Below are positions 50,891 through 63,959 of a stretch of 64,000 nt of DNA, piece by piece. The stretch lies in contig MU061579.1 in NCBI GenBank assembly GCA_013265495.1, positions 1,021,159 through 1,085,158 of the forward strand. The letters run 5' to 3'. The DNA comes from Vicugna vicugna. Lineage: Eukaryota. How positions within the stretch are numbered: position 1 is the first letter of the stretch; every line of letters starts with the position of its first letter. Below the pieces are notes generated by a model. The model did no database searches, was not told where the DNA came from, and saw only the letters and a list, made by a program, of their open reading frames with translations. A program made the position numbers and the translations under genes.

Positions 50891-53800
50891 TAATATCTCT
50901 GGATCCTCCAAAATGCATTATCCTTGTGCCAGAGCTTCCTTGCAAGGATAAGATAACTGTCTCCTACAACTTCCTAACTCAGTCAACTGGGCTCTGAAGC
51001 AACTCTCCTTGGACCACAGATTTCTCCAGGGATGGCAGCACCATCAGATTCTGGACACTGCCCTTTGCTAAATCTTACCAAATCCTTCTGAAAACATGAC
51101 TTCTCAAGTCTGCCATTTTCTTTTTTTTTTTTTTTAACTGTTAGGAGCTGAAAAGAGCTAGAGCTGTAAAGAGCTAGGGGGACTTATAGAGAACAGATAA
51201 CACGTAGTTTGCACTAATCTTTTTCACTTCACTTTGAAACTTCCCACTTCCATCAGAAAATTGAAATGTAGATGGGACAAGAAGATGTACTGCTGGAATA
51301 AGTAACATACCTGGGCCCCAACTTGGCTAGCAAAAATGTTCTATATCACTCATGTCTCTGTGGTGAAGTAAATAACCCACAAAGTGAGTTCCGATTGTTT
51401 AGAAATACTTTTTTGAGTTCCCATGCCTGTACTTCCTGACTTAGAAAATCAGATGTTCTGTACTTTAAGGTCAAATATGGAGATGATCTAAAAACATTAA
51501 TTTTTATTAAAATCATGAACTTGCTGGGCTGGAATTGGGGGTTTCACTTACTGTTGTCTTTTCTTAAGCTAACTCCTTATGGGTGAAAATCCAGTTGAAA
51601 TCCAGAGCAAACACAGGTTTCTAACAAACATAGCCTCTTACATTAGCATTACACAAACTTCTGTTCTGTGCATCTTAATTCACAGTCCTTATTCAAAACA
51701 TGACTTTTGTTATTATGACTGGTACTCACTGTATTGGTGGTGCTTACAAATGGTGAATAGGCTTTAAAAAGTGTTTTCCCTATTACCCAAATTTCAAATG
51801 AAAACAATAGCAAAAAATGGCTTCAAGAATAAAATGACACAATCATCTATTGAGACCTATTAAGGAAGCCACTTTTGAAAATGCTAAAATATGTCTAAAC
51901 CTGTTCTTGATTCTAGATATTTTGACCTGTAATTTAGAGCTCCCTTTTTCCCCTCTATATTTCATGAACACTTATTCTAAAAGCTAAAGACACTTATTGC
52001 ACATTATTGCATACACTTGAAAATAAACCTATCTCAAATAAATCAGATTTGTTACAGTAGAACTCTATGTAATTTAAATATACTATCGCTGGACATTTGT
52101 CATATATATGTATACATATATATATCATATAAAATGCATCTGATACATATAACATGCATATAACATTTACAGGCAATTTTTGTATCTATGCATTTTTCTC
52201 TGTATAATAGATACACTTGCTCTTTCTAACATGTTAAAAAAATCCATTAAAAGTCAGTTCTTTAATCCAAGTTTTTTTTATATTATTATTCTGCATCAAT
52301 TCTGCATCTTTGAGTTTTGCTGTAAGGTTTTCTGTTTCACAAATGAGCCTCATCCATAATGTACTTAACCACTCTAGATTTTATTAAAACCTGCCTCGCA
52401 TTGCTTTGTTGGATATGACAGTGATAAGTACTAAGGAAGTTACTGAAGGAGCAATATTACAATTTGAGTTTGAAATGAAAAACACATTTTGGTGTAATGT
52501 TATGCTAAGATAACTAGATATTTGGGTACAAGGATATTAATGTAACCTGAATTATTTTTCTCTCACTCCAACTTCACCTTTTAGAATTGCTGAAATCAAC
52601 TTTATAAGCAGCAGAGAAACCAGACACTCTCCTATAATTTGGAAAAAAGAAAGAAAACAGAGTTTCAGTCAGTGCTTGAACCCCATTAACTTATTCACTC
52701 ATTATTTTACCTTTGTCTCAGCCATGTCTTTGTAAATCATTATGTACTAAGACTCAAGGCAGTAGGAGTAATTCTTCCTATGACCTATTTCACTCCATAG
52801 TTTCAGTTAAGTCAATAAACTTTTTAGACAATAATCTAAAAGTTTAGAAAAAAACGTAGTAAGGGAATGAAACTATTTGCTGTTTCCAATTCAAAAGAGT
52901 CCTAAGTAAGCAGGAAAAAAATTGTGTGTGTTCTATTTTTGATTATGTATGTACATATATTATTTATACTAGAGACAATCTAGTACTAGAGAAAAAAAAT
53001 TAGAATAGGGAAAACCATGAGTAGAATATTTTGCCTCCTGGAGTTCCTCTATATAATTGTGTCCTTCTGGAAGTCACGCCCACTCACTCAACACTGTTAA
53101 ATTCAACTCCAGGTTCTGTGTTAAGCACATCCTCACAACACTCAGCACTAATTTTCTCATTTTATAGTTAAGAAAACTTAAGCTCAGAGAGGAAATCTCA
53201 GGATTTCTAACTTAAAACTTTGCCCTAGGAGAACTCTATATATGTCATTATATACTTACTGAGTAGATAAATACGTATTAGGAAATGAACTTAGAAAACT
53301 TTGAAGACTCACCTCAGGAATACTGGAATTTATTTTCCACCTTTAGTTAAATGATTATAACAGAGCTAAAAATTCTAATCTCATGGTTCTGTAGAGAAGG
53401 TCAGTGTTCTTTTGTGTATTTATTTTGGAAGTGTAATATGTATCACAATGTGATATTTTAATGGTAATTAGATAATAATATAAATCTATGTAAACCCCAG
53501 AAATAGAAACTGGCTAATAGACTACATGAATGCATAGAATACACACACAAAATTAACTTGTAGATGTTGATTTCCTCTGTGGACAGAATTTGATTATACA
53601 AAATAATATAATGTTAAGTCTATCATATTCTTACAAAGCCCAAGCTGTGACCTAGAGTCATAGATACTTACAAAAGAAGAGCTTTTAAATTGCAGAATTC
53701 TTTGTTTCAGAGTCCCTGCATTTTAGACAGTGAGAGAGCTCATAAGAACATATCAAAGGTGGTTTATCTTTCACAGAATTACAGCTCATTTGATTAGTTT

Positions 53801-54439
53801 ATTTTCAATCAAAAACAAATTGTACTTGGAAAAAGAATAAGGTTTGAGATTTGACAAGTTATTAGACCTGTATGAGTGCTAATATAAAATATGAGCAGAC
53901 AATGATGAAATAAACTGTTCAAGATATATACAATTGGATATATATATCCAATAATCTTATAGTATTTAATCTACATTCAAGTAAACTTATATACTACAGT
54001 ATCTTAATGTAAATATCGGTCCTATGATATTTTAAAATAAATTATGGTGATAATGGTGAACTTACAAAATGGAATTATTTTAATATGTCTCTTTCAGGCT
54101 TAAGATGGCTAGCAATATGATACATATTTTCATCAAAGCCTGACTTTTAAGAATCTCTTAAATTAACTTGTATAAATGTGTTGATACTTGAAGAAAGTTG
54201 AATTCATTAAAAAGGAACTTATGAAGAATAAATGGATTGATTTTAATCAATTAGTACATTTTCAAGTAGGGAAATTATTAGTCTTTAATATTCAATTGTA
54301 TAAAAAGCTCTGGAAAAAATTAGTCTGTGTTTGTACTCAATAGTGGAAAATTTGATGACATAAGCTATTTAAGTAGATATAAATTTTAAAATAAACCACA
54401 TTTTATCAAAATTTAAAAGAGCAGAAATCAGTAAGACTA

Positions 54440-55000
54440 AAGAATACTTATTATATCTAACTATAGTTGTGAATTTTTCTGTTTTAAGTCTTAAAGGATT
54501 TTTTTCTCACTAATTTTAAATTTATTAGTTACATATATATTGTTTGATATGAGCTTTAAGTGAATTTGGTCCTTATCATTATAAACACTCATTTTTATCC
54601 CTTACTATATTGTTTGTCCTGAAACCTCTTTCTTTTGATATTAATATGACTACTTCAATTTCCATTTGATTGGTGTTAGTTAGCATGGTATATAATACTT
54701 CTTTTCTTTTTATAATATCTTTTTACTTTTCAACTATTTGTGGATTTATATTTAAAGTAGGTTTCTTTTGTGGCATCATATAATTGGGTCTTGATTTTGC
54801 ATCCAATTTGACAGTCTTGGTATTATAATTAGGTAGCTAAGGCCATTTACATTTTATGTGATTATTGATTTGCATGAATTTAAATTTATCATTTTGCTAT
54901 TTGTTTTCTCTTAAGTCCTTATTTTCATTGTTTACTTTTTCTCTTTTTTATTCATATATTTAATTAGGTGTTTTGAGATTATATTTTATATTTTATGTAG
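54440..55000 (-). mobile_element. Old L1 ORF2-region fragment
   Basis: 'gatattaatatgactacttcaatttcc...tttatatttaaagtaggtttctt...ccaatttgacagtct...ggccatttacattt'. Confidence 0.65.
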
Positions 55001-55508
55001 GTGTGCTCTGAGGGTTCATTGTAGCAGGTCTGGAATTAGTCTGATCTATTTGTTGCTAAACCTGTATGGCACTGGACCACTACACTAGGTAAAGCATGAA
55101 ATATAATTACTAACAGTGATTTTTGTAGCTCTTAGGTCAGTTTCACGGTGCTTTGTACTGCTTTGTCAATATAATTTATTGAAAATAGTGAGCTCCATGA
55201 TTTTTTAACTGTTTTCAGTGAGACCCAAAGAATCCTCTGCCACAGGGGCTTGTCCTACATAGGAATATGCCTTTGCAACCAGGTTATAAAAGGTCACAGA
55301 GTAGACACTATCTTGGACTCTCTGGATCTGAGAACTTATATTCACACATCGGTGATTGCTGACCAGAGAGAGAAAGCACATTTGATATAGTCCTTGAAGG
55401 TTATACCCATTCTTTCCAAACTACTTTCTGTAAGGCAACTTTCATCTGTGACGTACATCTTTATTTTAAGATTATGGTTGATACTACAAATAAATGTGCC
55501 CCATCATC

Positions 55509-55898
55509 TGTTTGGACTGAATCAAAATTCAGATGTTGAAGTTCCAAGACCTAGTGCCTCAGAATTTGACTATATTTGGAGATAGGGTCTTTGAAGAGAT
55601 AATTAAGGTTATATGAGGTCATATGGGTAAATCCCATGGAATATGACTGATATTCTTATAAAAAGGTTAAAAACTGGACACACAAAAGAGGCACCAGGGA
55701 TATGTGCACAAAGAGGAAAGACCATGTGGGGACACAGCAAGCAGGTGGCCATCTGCAAACCTCAGAGAGGGGACTTAGAAGAAACTAAACCTGCAGACAC
55801 CTTGATCATGATTTCTAGCTTCCACAAGGTGAGAAATAAATTACTATTGTTTAAGCAGTCTAATATGTTATTGTGATAACCCTGGCAAACAAGTATAC
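55509..55898 (+). mobile_element. MLT1A-like MaLR LTR nested in the ERVL element
   Basis: 'tggactgaat...aaaattcagatgttgaag...tatttggagatagggtctttg...gtggccatctgcaaacc...acaccttgatc...gtgagaaataaatt...tgtttaagc'. Confidence 0.85.
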
Positions 55899-58712
55899 CT
55901 TCATGGGTACCATTTGGGATTTAGCTGTCAGGACTCCGGGAGGATATAACAAAGGCAATTATAGATCTGTCATCTCATCTTGCCCATATATGACTTCAAA
56001 TAAGAAGACTCTGGCTTTGCAAAAAGAAATAAAAATGAGAAAATGGTTAATAATCCAGGCTTTTACATTTGGAAAGCCTTAGTTGGTTTACTAAAAATGG
56101 TATGAAAAAGAAGAAAATTGTGGGTGTACCAACCCAAACTTCGATGGTGTTTTATAGAAAGCTAGGGGAGCCCGCAACTATGTCTCCTTAAATGTCCATG
56201 AATGTGAGAATTACAAGGAAGATGTGCTTAATTTATCTCAGTTTAAATGAATTTTATAAAGAGAAAAGTTCTGATAATTCTCCAGCATTGGACACCAAAA
56301 TATCTACATTTAGTATTAAAATGACAACAGTGGAAGATGATTAATTAATAAGGCCAGGGTTTCTTGACGCAACCCTTGTTGTGGAACTCAAGTCTTTTAC
56401 AAACATATGGGTGAAATGGCCTGGCATTGGAGAAAAGTTCCTTTTATAGTCTACTTGATCCATAGATATGTAGTACAGCACTTCCTAATAAACTAGTAAG
56501 CTGCTAATACACACCTTATGTGTCATAAGATTATTTTGGTAGGATGTAGGAATGCTAAGTTGGAAATGAAAGAAATCTGCTTAAAATTTGCAATGCACGA
56601 TAAAAAAAATGTTTGCAGTTTGGTGACATCTCCCTTATTTGAATGTTTGCTGAAAGTTCCTCTTTTTTAAAGAAAATATAGAATGAGCTGTGTAACAGCC
56701 AACCTAATAAACATGCTTTTGGGAGGGGTTTACAACCTCAAAATGAATAAACAGATGGGAGCTCTGACTCTGACAATATGTAAAAATATTAATTTAACTA
56801 TGTCTTTTGGTTCCTATTTCACAGAATATCAAGAACCTATGTTAGGAAGATTTACCCAGTCAAATCCAGAGAACACTGACAAATTGTAATATGAATGAAC
56901 ATCGTGTGGCCATGAATTATGATGATGAAGGTATACAAAGGGTACTAGGATACAGTGGTAGAAGGATGCCTGCTGCATGACCCACTGTCATGACATTATG
57001 TATAAAATTAACTATTGGGCACTGGAAAGGTTGAAGAAGCAATTGGTACATTTGAGTCACTGACACAGGAATGGATATAACTTGGTGGTCTTACATTCTT
57101 GAGGATAAAAGGCAAGAAATTTCATGTGAGTGGTTATGGGAAATAATACTATGTTATACTGAAATCAAAGTCAATTTGGGAGTGACTACTACTCATTATC
57201 TATATTTTCTGATCTCTGGGGTCTCAGAAATGTGGAGTTCCATTTTAGTTCTTGATTTCAATACAGAAGTTAGTACCCAGTGACAGCAATAGGTCTAGTG
57301 GATCAGAAAATTTGGCCCATTTGACATGACAGTTTTAGCTGAATTTGGATTGGAGATGGGAGTATTGGCTAGTTAAAATTCTCTTTTAATGAGAAAGCAT
57401 ATACCAAAATATAAAGATATTCTGACACTCATAGGACATCTTGAAAGCAAGCATTCTATTCTATATGGACAAAGATGGCAAGCCACTTGGAAAGACAAAA
57501 TGGTCCAAATAAACTGGGCTTTGCAATTTGACCATGTTTTAAAATAATAAACCCAGAGGTGGAAGCAAGCCCATACACCGAAATGACCTGGAATAATAGA
57601 TATGGTGATTCTAAATAATAGATCTGAAATATTCTAGACAAAATGTCTGGTGATTCTAAAAGAAATCTAAGGTATGTATTTATAGAAGATTTATGAGACA
57701 GCTAGTTTGTGGAGATTTTTAAGTGGAAAATATTATCTATTGAGAGTCTCTTGAACAATTTTAGTGCCACAGCTGATGGCCAACCACTCTTTACCCATGA
57801 GGAACAACTGGATATTTTAGACAAATCTTAAAAAAAAAAAAAACTAGAATACTTCCTATGGGAAATAGAAGCTCCCTGGCATGAGATCCTTCTTACTGGA
57901 AACAAATATGTGTTAAATTACATAATGTTAGAAAAGGAATTTTGCTGTGTGTTCAAGACTTTGGAATTCTCATATAGCAGTCATGACATCTAAATTATAT
58001 TACTATGAGAAATTATGTATTGTAGATATGGTTGGATGGGACAAAATAAAAGTACTGTAATTATGTCGAGCTTATATTTTGATAATTACTGGAATATTAC
58101 ATAGCAGTATTATATAGGGAAATACAGGAATCACAAGTAAAATTAATAGTAGAAAAGTCAGAAAAATCTTATTGTAATACTAGTGCTGATGATCAAATGT
58201 ATTGAAAGATTGAATCAAAACCCTCTGAAGATATTACTTATATGGGGAATTGACCTGAAACAGATTTAAATGTGATTAATATTAGCTTGATTATGGTTCT
58301 TAATTATACAGCAAATGCATACCTAAAAGTAGAGAAAACTTTAGATTTGGGAAGAAAAAATTTATAAAGTTATTATAAAAGCAAATTTCATAAAGTTTAT
58401 GTTGGTCTTATTGATGCTTAGCTGTCTGTTTAACTTCATATCATTAGTTATTTCAAAATTTTTTATCTATATATCCATTTTGATTATATAATTGATTGCA
58501 TGATGCTGTAAGAGCAATTGTTTTATCATAAAAAAGCCTTTGTCCATAGGTCAGTGGGGGTGAACTATGATGTTAGAATTTATTCCAGCAGATCTGGGAT
58601 TAGCATGAGCTATTTTGCAGAAGTAGAGATGTCTACTGGAGGCCGACCTCTGATCATGCACAAAGGTACTGATTGACAGTCCACTGGATCTGGAACAAGT
58701 TTGGGTGTATTT

Positions 58713-58728
58713 TGCGCCACCTAGTCAA
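58713..58728 (-). promoter_or_regulatory. Candidate CTCF motif inside the ERVL 3' LTR
   Basis: Reverse strand TTGACTAGGTGGCGCA matches the ACTAGGTGGCGC core; motif only. Confidence 0.4.
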
Positions 58729-59399
58729 TACTATTGGTGACAGCAAATTAATGCTTTGCACCTAGTTTAAATGAGAATCTTACGAGTTTCTGCCATTGGG
58801 GATGATCATGTAGCAGTAATGTGTCTACATGACCATCAGGACATATGAAACCCAGCCAAGACTCCATGCTGAGCTCTCTGGTTCTGAGGTGTTCTAGTTC
58901 ATATGTCAGTGGTTCCAAGTCTAAGAGAAAAATGGCTCTGGTACAGTTCTGCAAATGGAGGACAATTGAAGTTTGTGCTCCATATCTCCAGATTGCCCAC
59001 TGTAAGACAGCCATTGGCAACATGGCATGTTTAACTTTATTGTTTTTTATTATGTTGTATTATTGCCCTGAACTAAATTGTAGTTTTATAAGACAGTCCA
59101 TTCTAGGTCTTATTTTTCTTCTTTAACAAACCAACTCTATTTGTCTCCCACTATTAGTGCAGTTGACTTATTAGTTCTAAATCTTTCTCATTTTTTAAAA
59201 AACTAATTTGGTGATGCTTTAGGGTTTAGAGTATACACATATAACATATCACAGTCTACTGTAAGTGATATATCACTTCATGAATAATAGAACATTATTA
59301 AAATATAGTTTCATTATCTCATTTTCAGTGTTTGTGCTATTATTCTCATATACTTATAATACTTATATGTTATAAACTCCATAATATAATTTTATTATA

Positions 59400-59631
59400 C
59401 AATTGACCTTTGAAAAACATAGGTTTAAACTGTGTGGGTCTACTTATATGTGGATTTTTTCATAGTAAATAGTATACTACTACATGATCTGTGACTTTTT
59501 GAATTCACAGGTGCTGAACCATGGATATGGAGGAATCATGGCTATAGAGGGCTGACTGTAAGTTATAGGTGGATTTTCAACTGCATGGAAGTTGGGTGCC
59601 CCTAACCTCTGGATTGTTCAAGGGTCAGCTG
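59400..59631. mobile_element. MER8-like TcMar-Tigger MITE
   Basis: TIRs caattgacctttgaaaaa / ttgttcaagggtcagctg flanked by TA TSDs (59398-59399 and 59632-59633). Confidence 0.88.
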
Positions 59632-60479
59632 TATTTGCTTCAAAGTTTCAATTATCAGCTTAAAATACTTTAAAATATGAAAAATAGGTTTAATGTTTAT
59701 ATACATTGTTACCTTTTTTGGTGTTCTTTGTTGCTTTGTAAAATACAGATTTTTATGTTATTACTTTCCTCCTATGTGAAGGAATTCCTCCAACTTGTGC
59801 TTTCAAGTTCTTTATACTTTTCAAGATCAATGTCTTCTGACATGCATTTTACCTAATGAAAAGTCTGTTGTCCTTCTAATTGTTATTCTTCTGAATATGT
59901 CTTTTTTCTGTGGTTGCTTTAAAAATGCCTTTTTATTACTGGTTTAAGTCATTTCTTTAGATCACTTTCATGTAGTTTTCTTTTTGTTTCCTATGCTTTC
60001 AGTCTTCTAGATTCTTGGATCTGTGGGTTTATATTTTTAAGAAAGCTTAGAAAAGTTGAGTCAATACTTTTCTCTTTTTTTGTTTTTGTTTTTGTCACAC
60101 TCTCACTCCTCTGCTTTGGAGATTCAAATTACACATGTATCAGGTCGCTTGAACTTAGATTACTTCTCTAATGCTCAGATATTCTATTATTTTTTTAATT
60201 ATTGAATTTTATTTATTTTATTTAAGTATTTTTTCTCTTTGCATTTCGTTTAGAGATTACTATTTGTGTGTCATTTGATTCATTAATCTTCTTTTCTGCA
60301 ATCTATTGTCTGCTACTAATACTATCCAGTTAATTTTTTATTTCAGATACTGTGTTGATGATTTTATTTCTAGAAACTCAATTTGGGCTTCTTTTATACC
60401 TTCTATGTCTCTACTTCATATTTTCAGTATTTCCTCTAGCTTTTAGAACAGTTAGGATGTAGTTATGATAATTGTTTTT

Positions 60480-60636
60480 GTATGTTTAGTTTGCTTTTGG
60501 GGGTAATTAAGTTCAGTTATATATGTATTTATTTATTTTTCATTAATTTAATTTTTTAACAGAGGTACTGTGGATTGAATCCAGGAACTCAAGCATGCTA
60601 AACATGCAGTTTACCACTGTGCTATACCTTCCTCCC
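60480..60636 (-). mobile_element. tRNA-Ala-derived SINE (Vic-1-like), more diverged copy
   Basis: Reverse strand GGGAGGAAGGTATAGCACAGTGGTAAACTGCATGTTTAGCATGCTTGAGTTCCTGGATTCAATCCACAGTACCTC plus A-rich tail; TSD aattgttttt (60470-60479) / aattattttt (60637-60646). Confidence 0.82.
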
Positions 60637-61127
60637 AATTATTTTTATATACTTTTCAACTCTTTCTAATATCTGTGCTAGTTCTGCATCATTTTTGATT
60701 AATTGTTTTTCTCTTTATTTTGGGCTGTATTTTCCTGCTTCTTGACATGTATAATAATTATTGATTGGATATCAGAAATTATGAATTTTATCTATTGAAC
60801 ACTTTATATTTTATACTCCTATAAATACCGTTATTTGTTCTGAATTGCAGTTAATTTACTTGGAAGCAGTTTGGTCCTTCTAAGACTATGTTCTGAGCTT
60901 TGTTAGTGGAACCAGAGAAGCTTTGGTTTAAAATTATCCCCCCTAAAAAGACAAGACTTTCCTGATTATCCAATGCCTCATTAATTGTGATTTTTTTCAC
61001 TATTTATGCTGAGGACATGAATTACTCCCCACCTTTGGGTTGGTTCTACCTATTCCTTTTTGATGATTGTTTCCATGAGCTTTGTGTAGCTTTCTCATAC
61101 ACATGAAATGATCAGTACTCTGAAGAT

Positions 61128-62250
61128 AACACAGGAGAAAATGTAAATCATATCAGAGTATGGTGATGATTTTTTAGATACAACACACATAAAAAAGATC
61201 CATGAAAACAGTAAATTATGAGGTAAATTTCATTAAATTATAAATTTATGCTCTGTGAAAGACAATGTCAAGAGAATAAGAAGGAAAGCTTTAAACTGGG
61301 AGGAAGTATCCTGGGAAAATCACACCCCAGTCTGGGATCTACCACTTCACAGACTGGGAGAGCACATCATATTTGATCAGAGAAATGCAAATTAAAACAA
61401 TGAGATACTGCTATAAACCTATTAGAGTGACCAAAATCCAAAACACTGGCAACACCAAATGATGGCTATGTTGTGGAATAACAGGAACTCTCATACTTTG
61501 CTGGTGGTGATGCAAAATGGTACAGCCAATATGGAAGACACTTTGGTTGTTTCTTACAAAACTAAACACACCTTTACTATATGACTCTACAAGCAAGCCC
61601 CTTGGTATTTACACAAATGATTTGAAAACTTATGTTTATATCCCTGCACATGGATGTTTATAGCAGCATTATTCATAATTGCCAAAAATTTGAAGCAACC
61701 AACATGTCCTTCACTTGGTGATTAAGTATGGTACATCCAGACAATGTAATATTATTCAGTGGTACAAGGAAATGAGCTACTAAGCCATGAAAAAACATAG
61801 AGGATCCCTAAATGCATATTACTAAATTAAAGAAACCAATTTGAGAAGACTACTGTATGATTCCAACTATATGACATTCTGGAAATGGTTCCACTATGGA
61901 AACAATAAAAAGACCAGTGGTTGCTGGACTAGAGATTATGAATAGGCAGAACACAGAGTGCTTTTAGAAAAGTGAAAATACTATGCCTGATATTATAATG
62001 ATTGATACATGTCATAATACATTTGTTCAGACCCATTGAATGTGCAGCACCAAGAGTGAATCCTTAAGTAAACTATAGGTTTAGGATGATTATGATGTGT
62101 AAATGTAGGTTCATCCCTGGTAAAAATGTACAATTTTTGGTGAGTAATGTTGATGATCAGGGAGGCTATGCGTGTATGAAGGTGAGGGTATATAGGAAAT
62201 CCATGTACCTTTCTCTGAATTTTATTGTAAACTTAAAATGATGGTAAAAA
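61128..62250 (+). mobile_element. L1MC1/L1MC2-like 3' region
   Basis: 'ttccaactatatgacattctggaaa...acatttgttcagacccattgaatgtgcagcaccaagagtgaatcc...aatgtaggttcatc'. Confidence 0.8.
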
Positions 62251-62686
62251 CTCAGTCAGTATCTGGAAATTCAAAATAATATATTGGCCAATTTATTTTG
62301 CTACAACCATTTTTTATTCCTTTGTTCCAACTTTAAAATAAATAGTAAATCTGATCAAAGAAGTGAAAGACTTATACAGAGAACTACAAAACATTGACTA
62401 AGGAAATTAAAGATGACTTAAATAAATTGAAAGATATACTATGACCTTGGATTGGAAGAATTAATATTGTTAAAATGGCCACACTACCCAAAATAATCTA
62501 CAGATTTAATGTGATCCCTATCAAATTACCCAGGGCACTTTTCACAGGACTAGAAGAAGTAATCCTAAAATTTATATGAAATCACAAAGACTCAGAATTG
62601 CCAAAACAATGCTGAAGAAAAAGAAGAAAGCTAGAGGAATAACGCTTCCAGACTTCAGATCATACTACAGAGCGACAGTAATCAAA

Positions 62687-62908
62687 CAAACAAAAATACT
62701 ATAGAGCTAGAGTAAACAGATAAAAAAATGATTTAAAAACTCAATTGTCTTCTGTATAGCACAGAGAACCATATTTAATATCTTGAAATAAACTGTAATG
62801 AAAAAGAATATGAAAATGAATATATGTATGTATATGCATGACTGGGACATTTTGCTGTACACCAGAAACTGACACATTGTACTTGACTATACTTCAATCA
62901 AAAAAAAA
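62687..62908 (+). mobile_element. Short L1 3' UTR piece nested within the L1 ORF2
   Basis: 'ctgtatagcacagagaacc...gaaaaagaatatgaaaatgaatatatgtatg...tgctgtacaccagaaactgacac...cttcaatcaaaaaaaa' interrupts ORF2 between 'gtaatcaaa' and 'gcatggtattgg'. Confidence 0.85.
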
Positions 62909-63917
62909 GCATGGTATTGGTACAAGACAGACGTATGGATCAATGGAACAGAATAGAGAGCCCAGAAATAAGCTCACAGACTCTTTGTCAATTAATGTTT
63001 GACAAAGGAAGCAAGAATATACAATGAGAAAAAGACAGAGTCTTCAGCAAATGGTGCTGGGAAAATTGAACAACTGCATGTAAATCAATGTAGTTAGAAC
63101 ACTCCCCAACACCATACACAAAAGTAAACTCAAAGTGGCTTAGGACTTAAACATAAGACAAGGCACTATAAACCTTCTAGAAGAAAACATAGACAAAACA
63201 GTCTGACATAAGTCTTAGCAATGTTTTCTTAGTTGAATCTACTCAGGCAATAGAACAAAAGTAAAAATAAACAAATGGGATCTAGTTAAACTTGTAAGAT
63301 TTTGCACAGCAAAGGAAACCTTAATCAAAACAGAAAGACAACCTATAGAATGGAAGAAAATGTTTGCAAAAGATAAGACTGACAAGGGCTTAATTTCCAG
63401 AATATATAAACAGCTCGTACAACACAATAAGAAAAAAAAAAACAAACAACCCAATCCAAAAATGGACAGAAGAGATGTAAACAATCAATTGTCCAATGAA
63501 GACATATAAATGGCCAATAGGCACATGAAAAAATGCTCACTATCACTAATTATCAGAGAAATGCAAATCAAAACTACAATGAGATATCACCTCACACCAG
63601 TCAGAATGGCCATCATTCAAAAGGCCACAAATGATAAATGCTGGAGAGGGTGTGGATAAAAGGGAACACTTCTACACTGCTGGTGGGAATGTAGTTTGGT
63701 GCAGGCATTATGGAAAATAGTATGGAGATTCCACAAAAGACTAAAATTAAACTTACCATATGATCCTGAAGTCCTACTCCTGGGCATATATTTGGAGGGA
63801 ACTTTAATTCAAAAAGATACATGCACCCCAATATTCATAGCAGCACTATTTACAATAGCCAAGACATGGTCACAATGTAAAGGTTCATTGACAGATGACT
63901 GGATAAAGAAGTTGTGG

Positions 63918-63920
<3 letters not shown>

Positions 63921-63954
<34 letters not shown>
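63921..63954. repeat. (AC)n microsatellite within L1 ORF2
   Basis: Directly visible perfect run. Confidence 0.95.

Positions 63955-63959
<5 letters not shown>

Larger units (their letters stand above)
55002..59050 (+). mobile_element. Decayed ERVL-class provirus (LTR41/LTR52-like LTRs with non-coding internal remnant)
   Basis: Related LTR starts at ~55010 ('ttcattgtagcaggtctggaattagtctgatctattt') and ~58578 ('tttattccagcagatctgggattagcatgagctattt'); degenerate Leu-type PBS 'tgtcagga' at 55926; PPT-like 'gtgggggtgaac' before the second LTR. Confidence 0.55.
59060..61120 (-). mobile_element. Old L1 fragments (interrupted by MER8 and a SINE)
   Basis: 'aaagtctgttgtccttctaatt...ttcttggatctgtgggtttata...ggagattcaaattacacatgtatcaggtcgcttgaa...tttctagaaactcaatttgg'. 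Confidence 0.65.

Noticed and set aside
53933..53952. 20-bp perfect palindrome ATTGGATATATATATCCAAT
   Set aside because: Mostly a TA run with short arms; expected in AT-rich DNA
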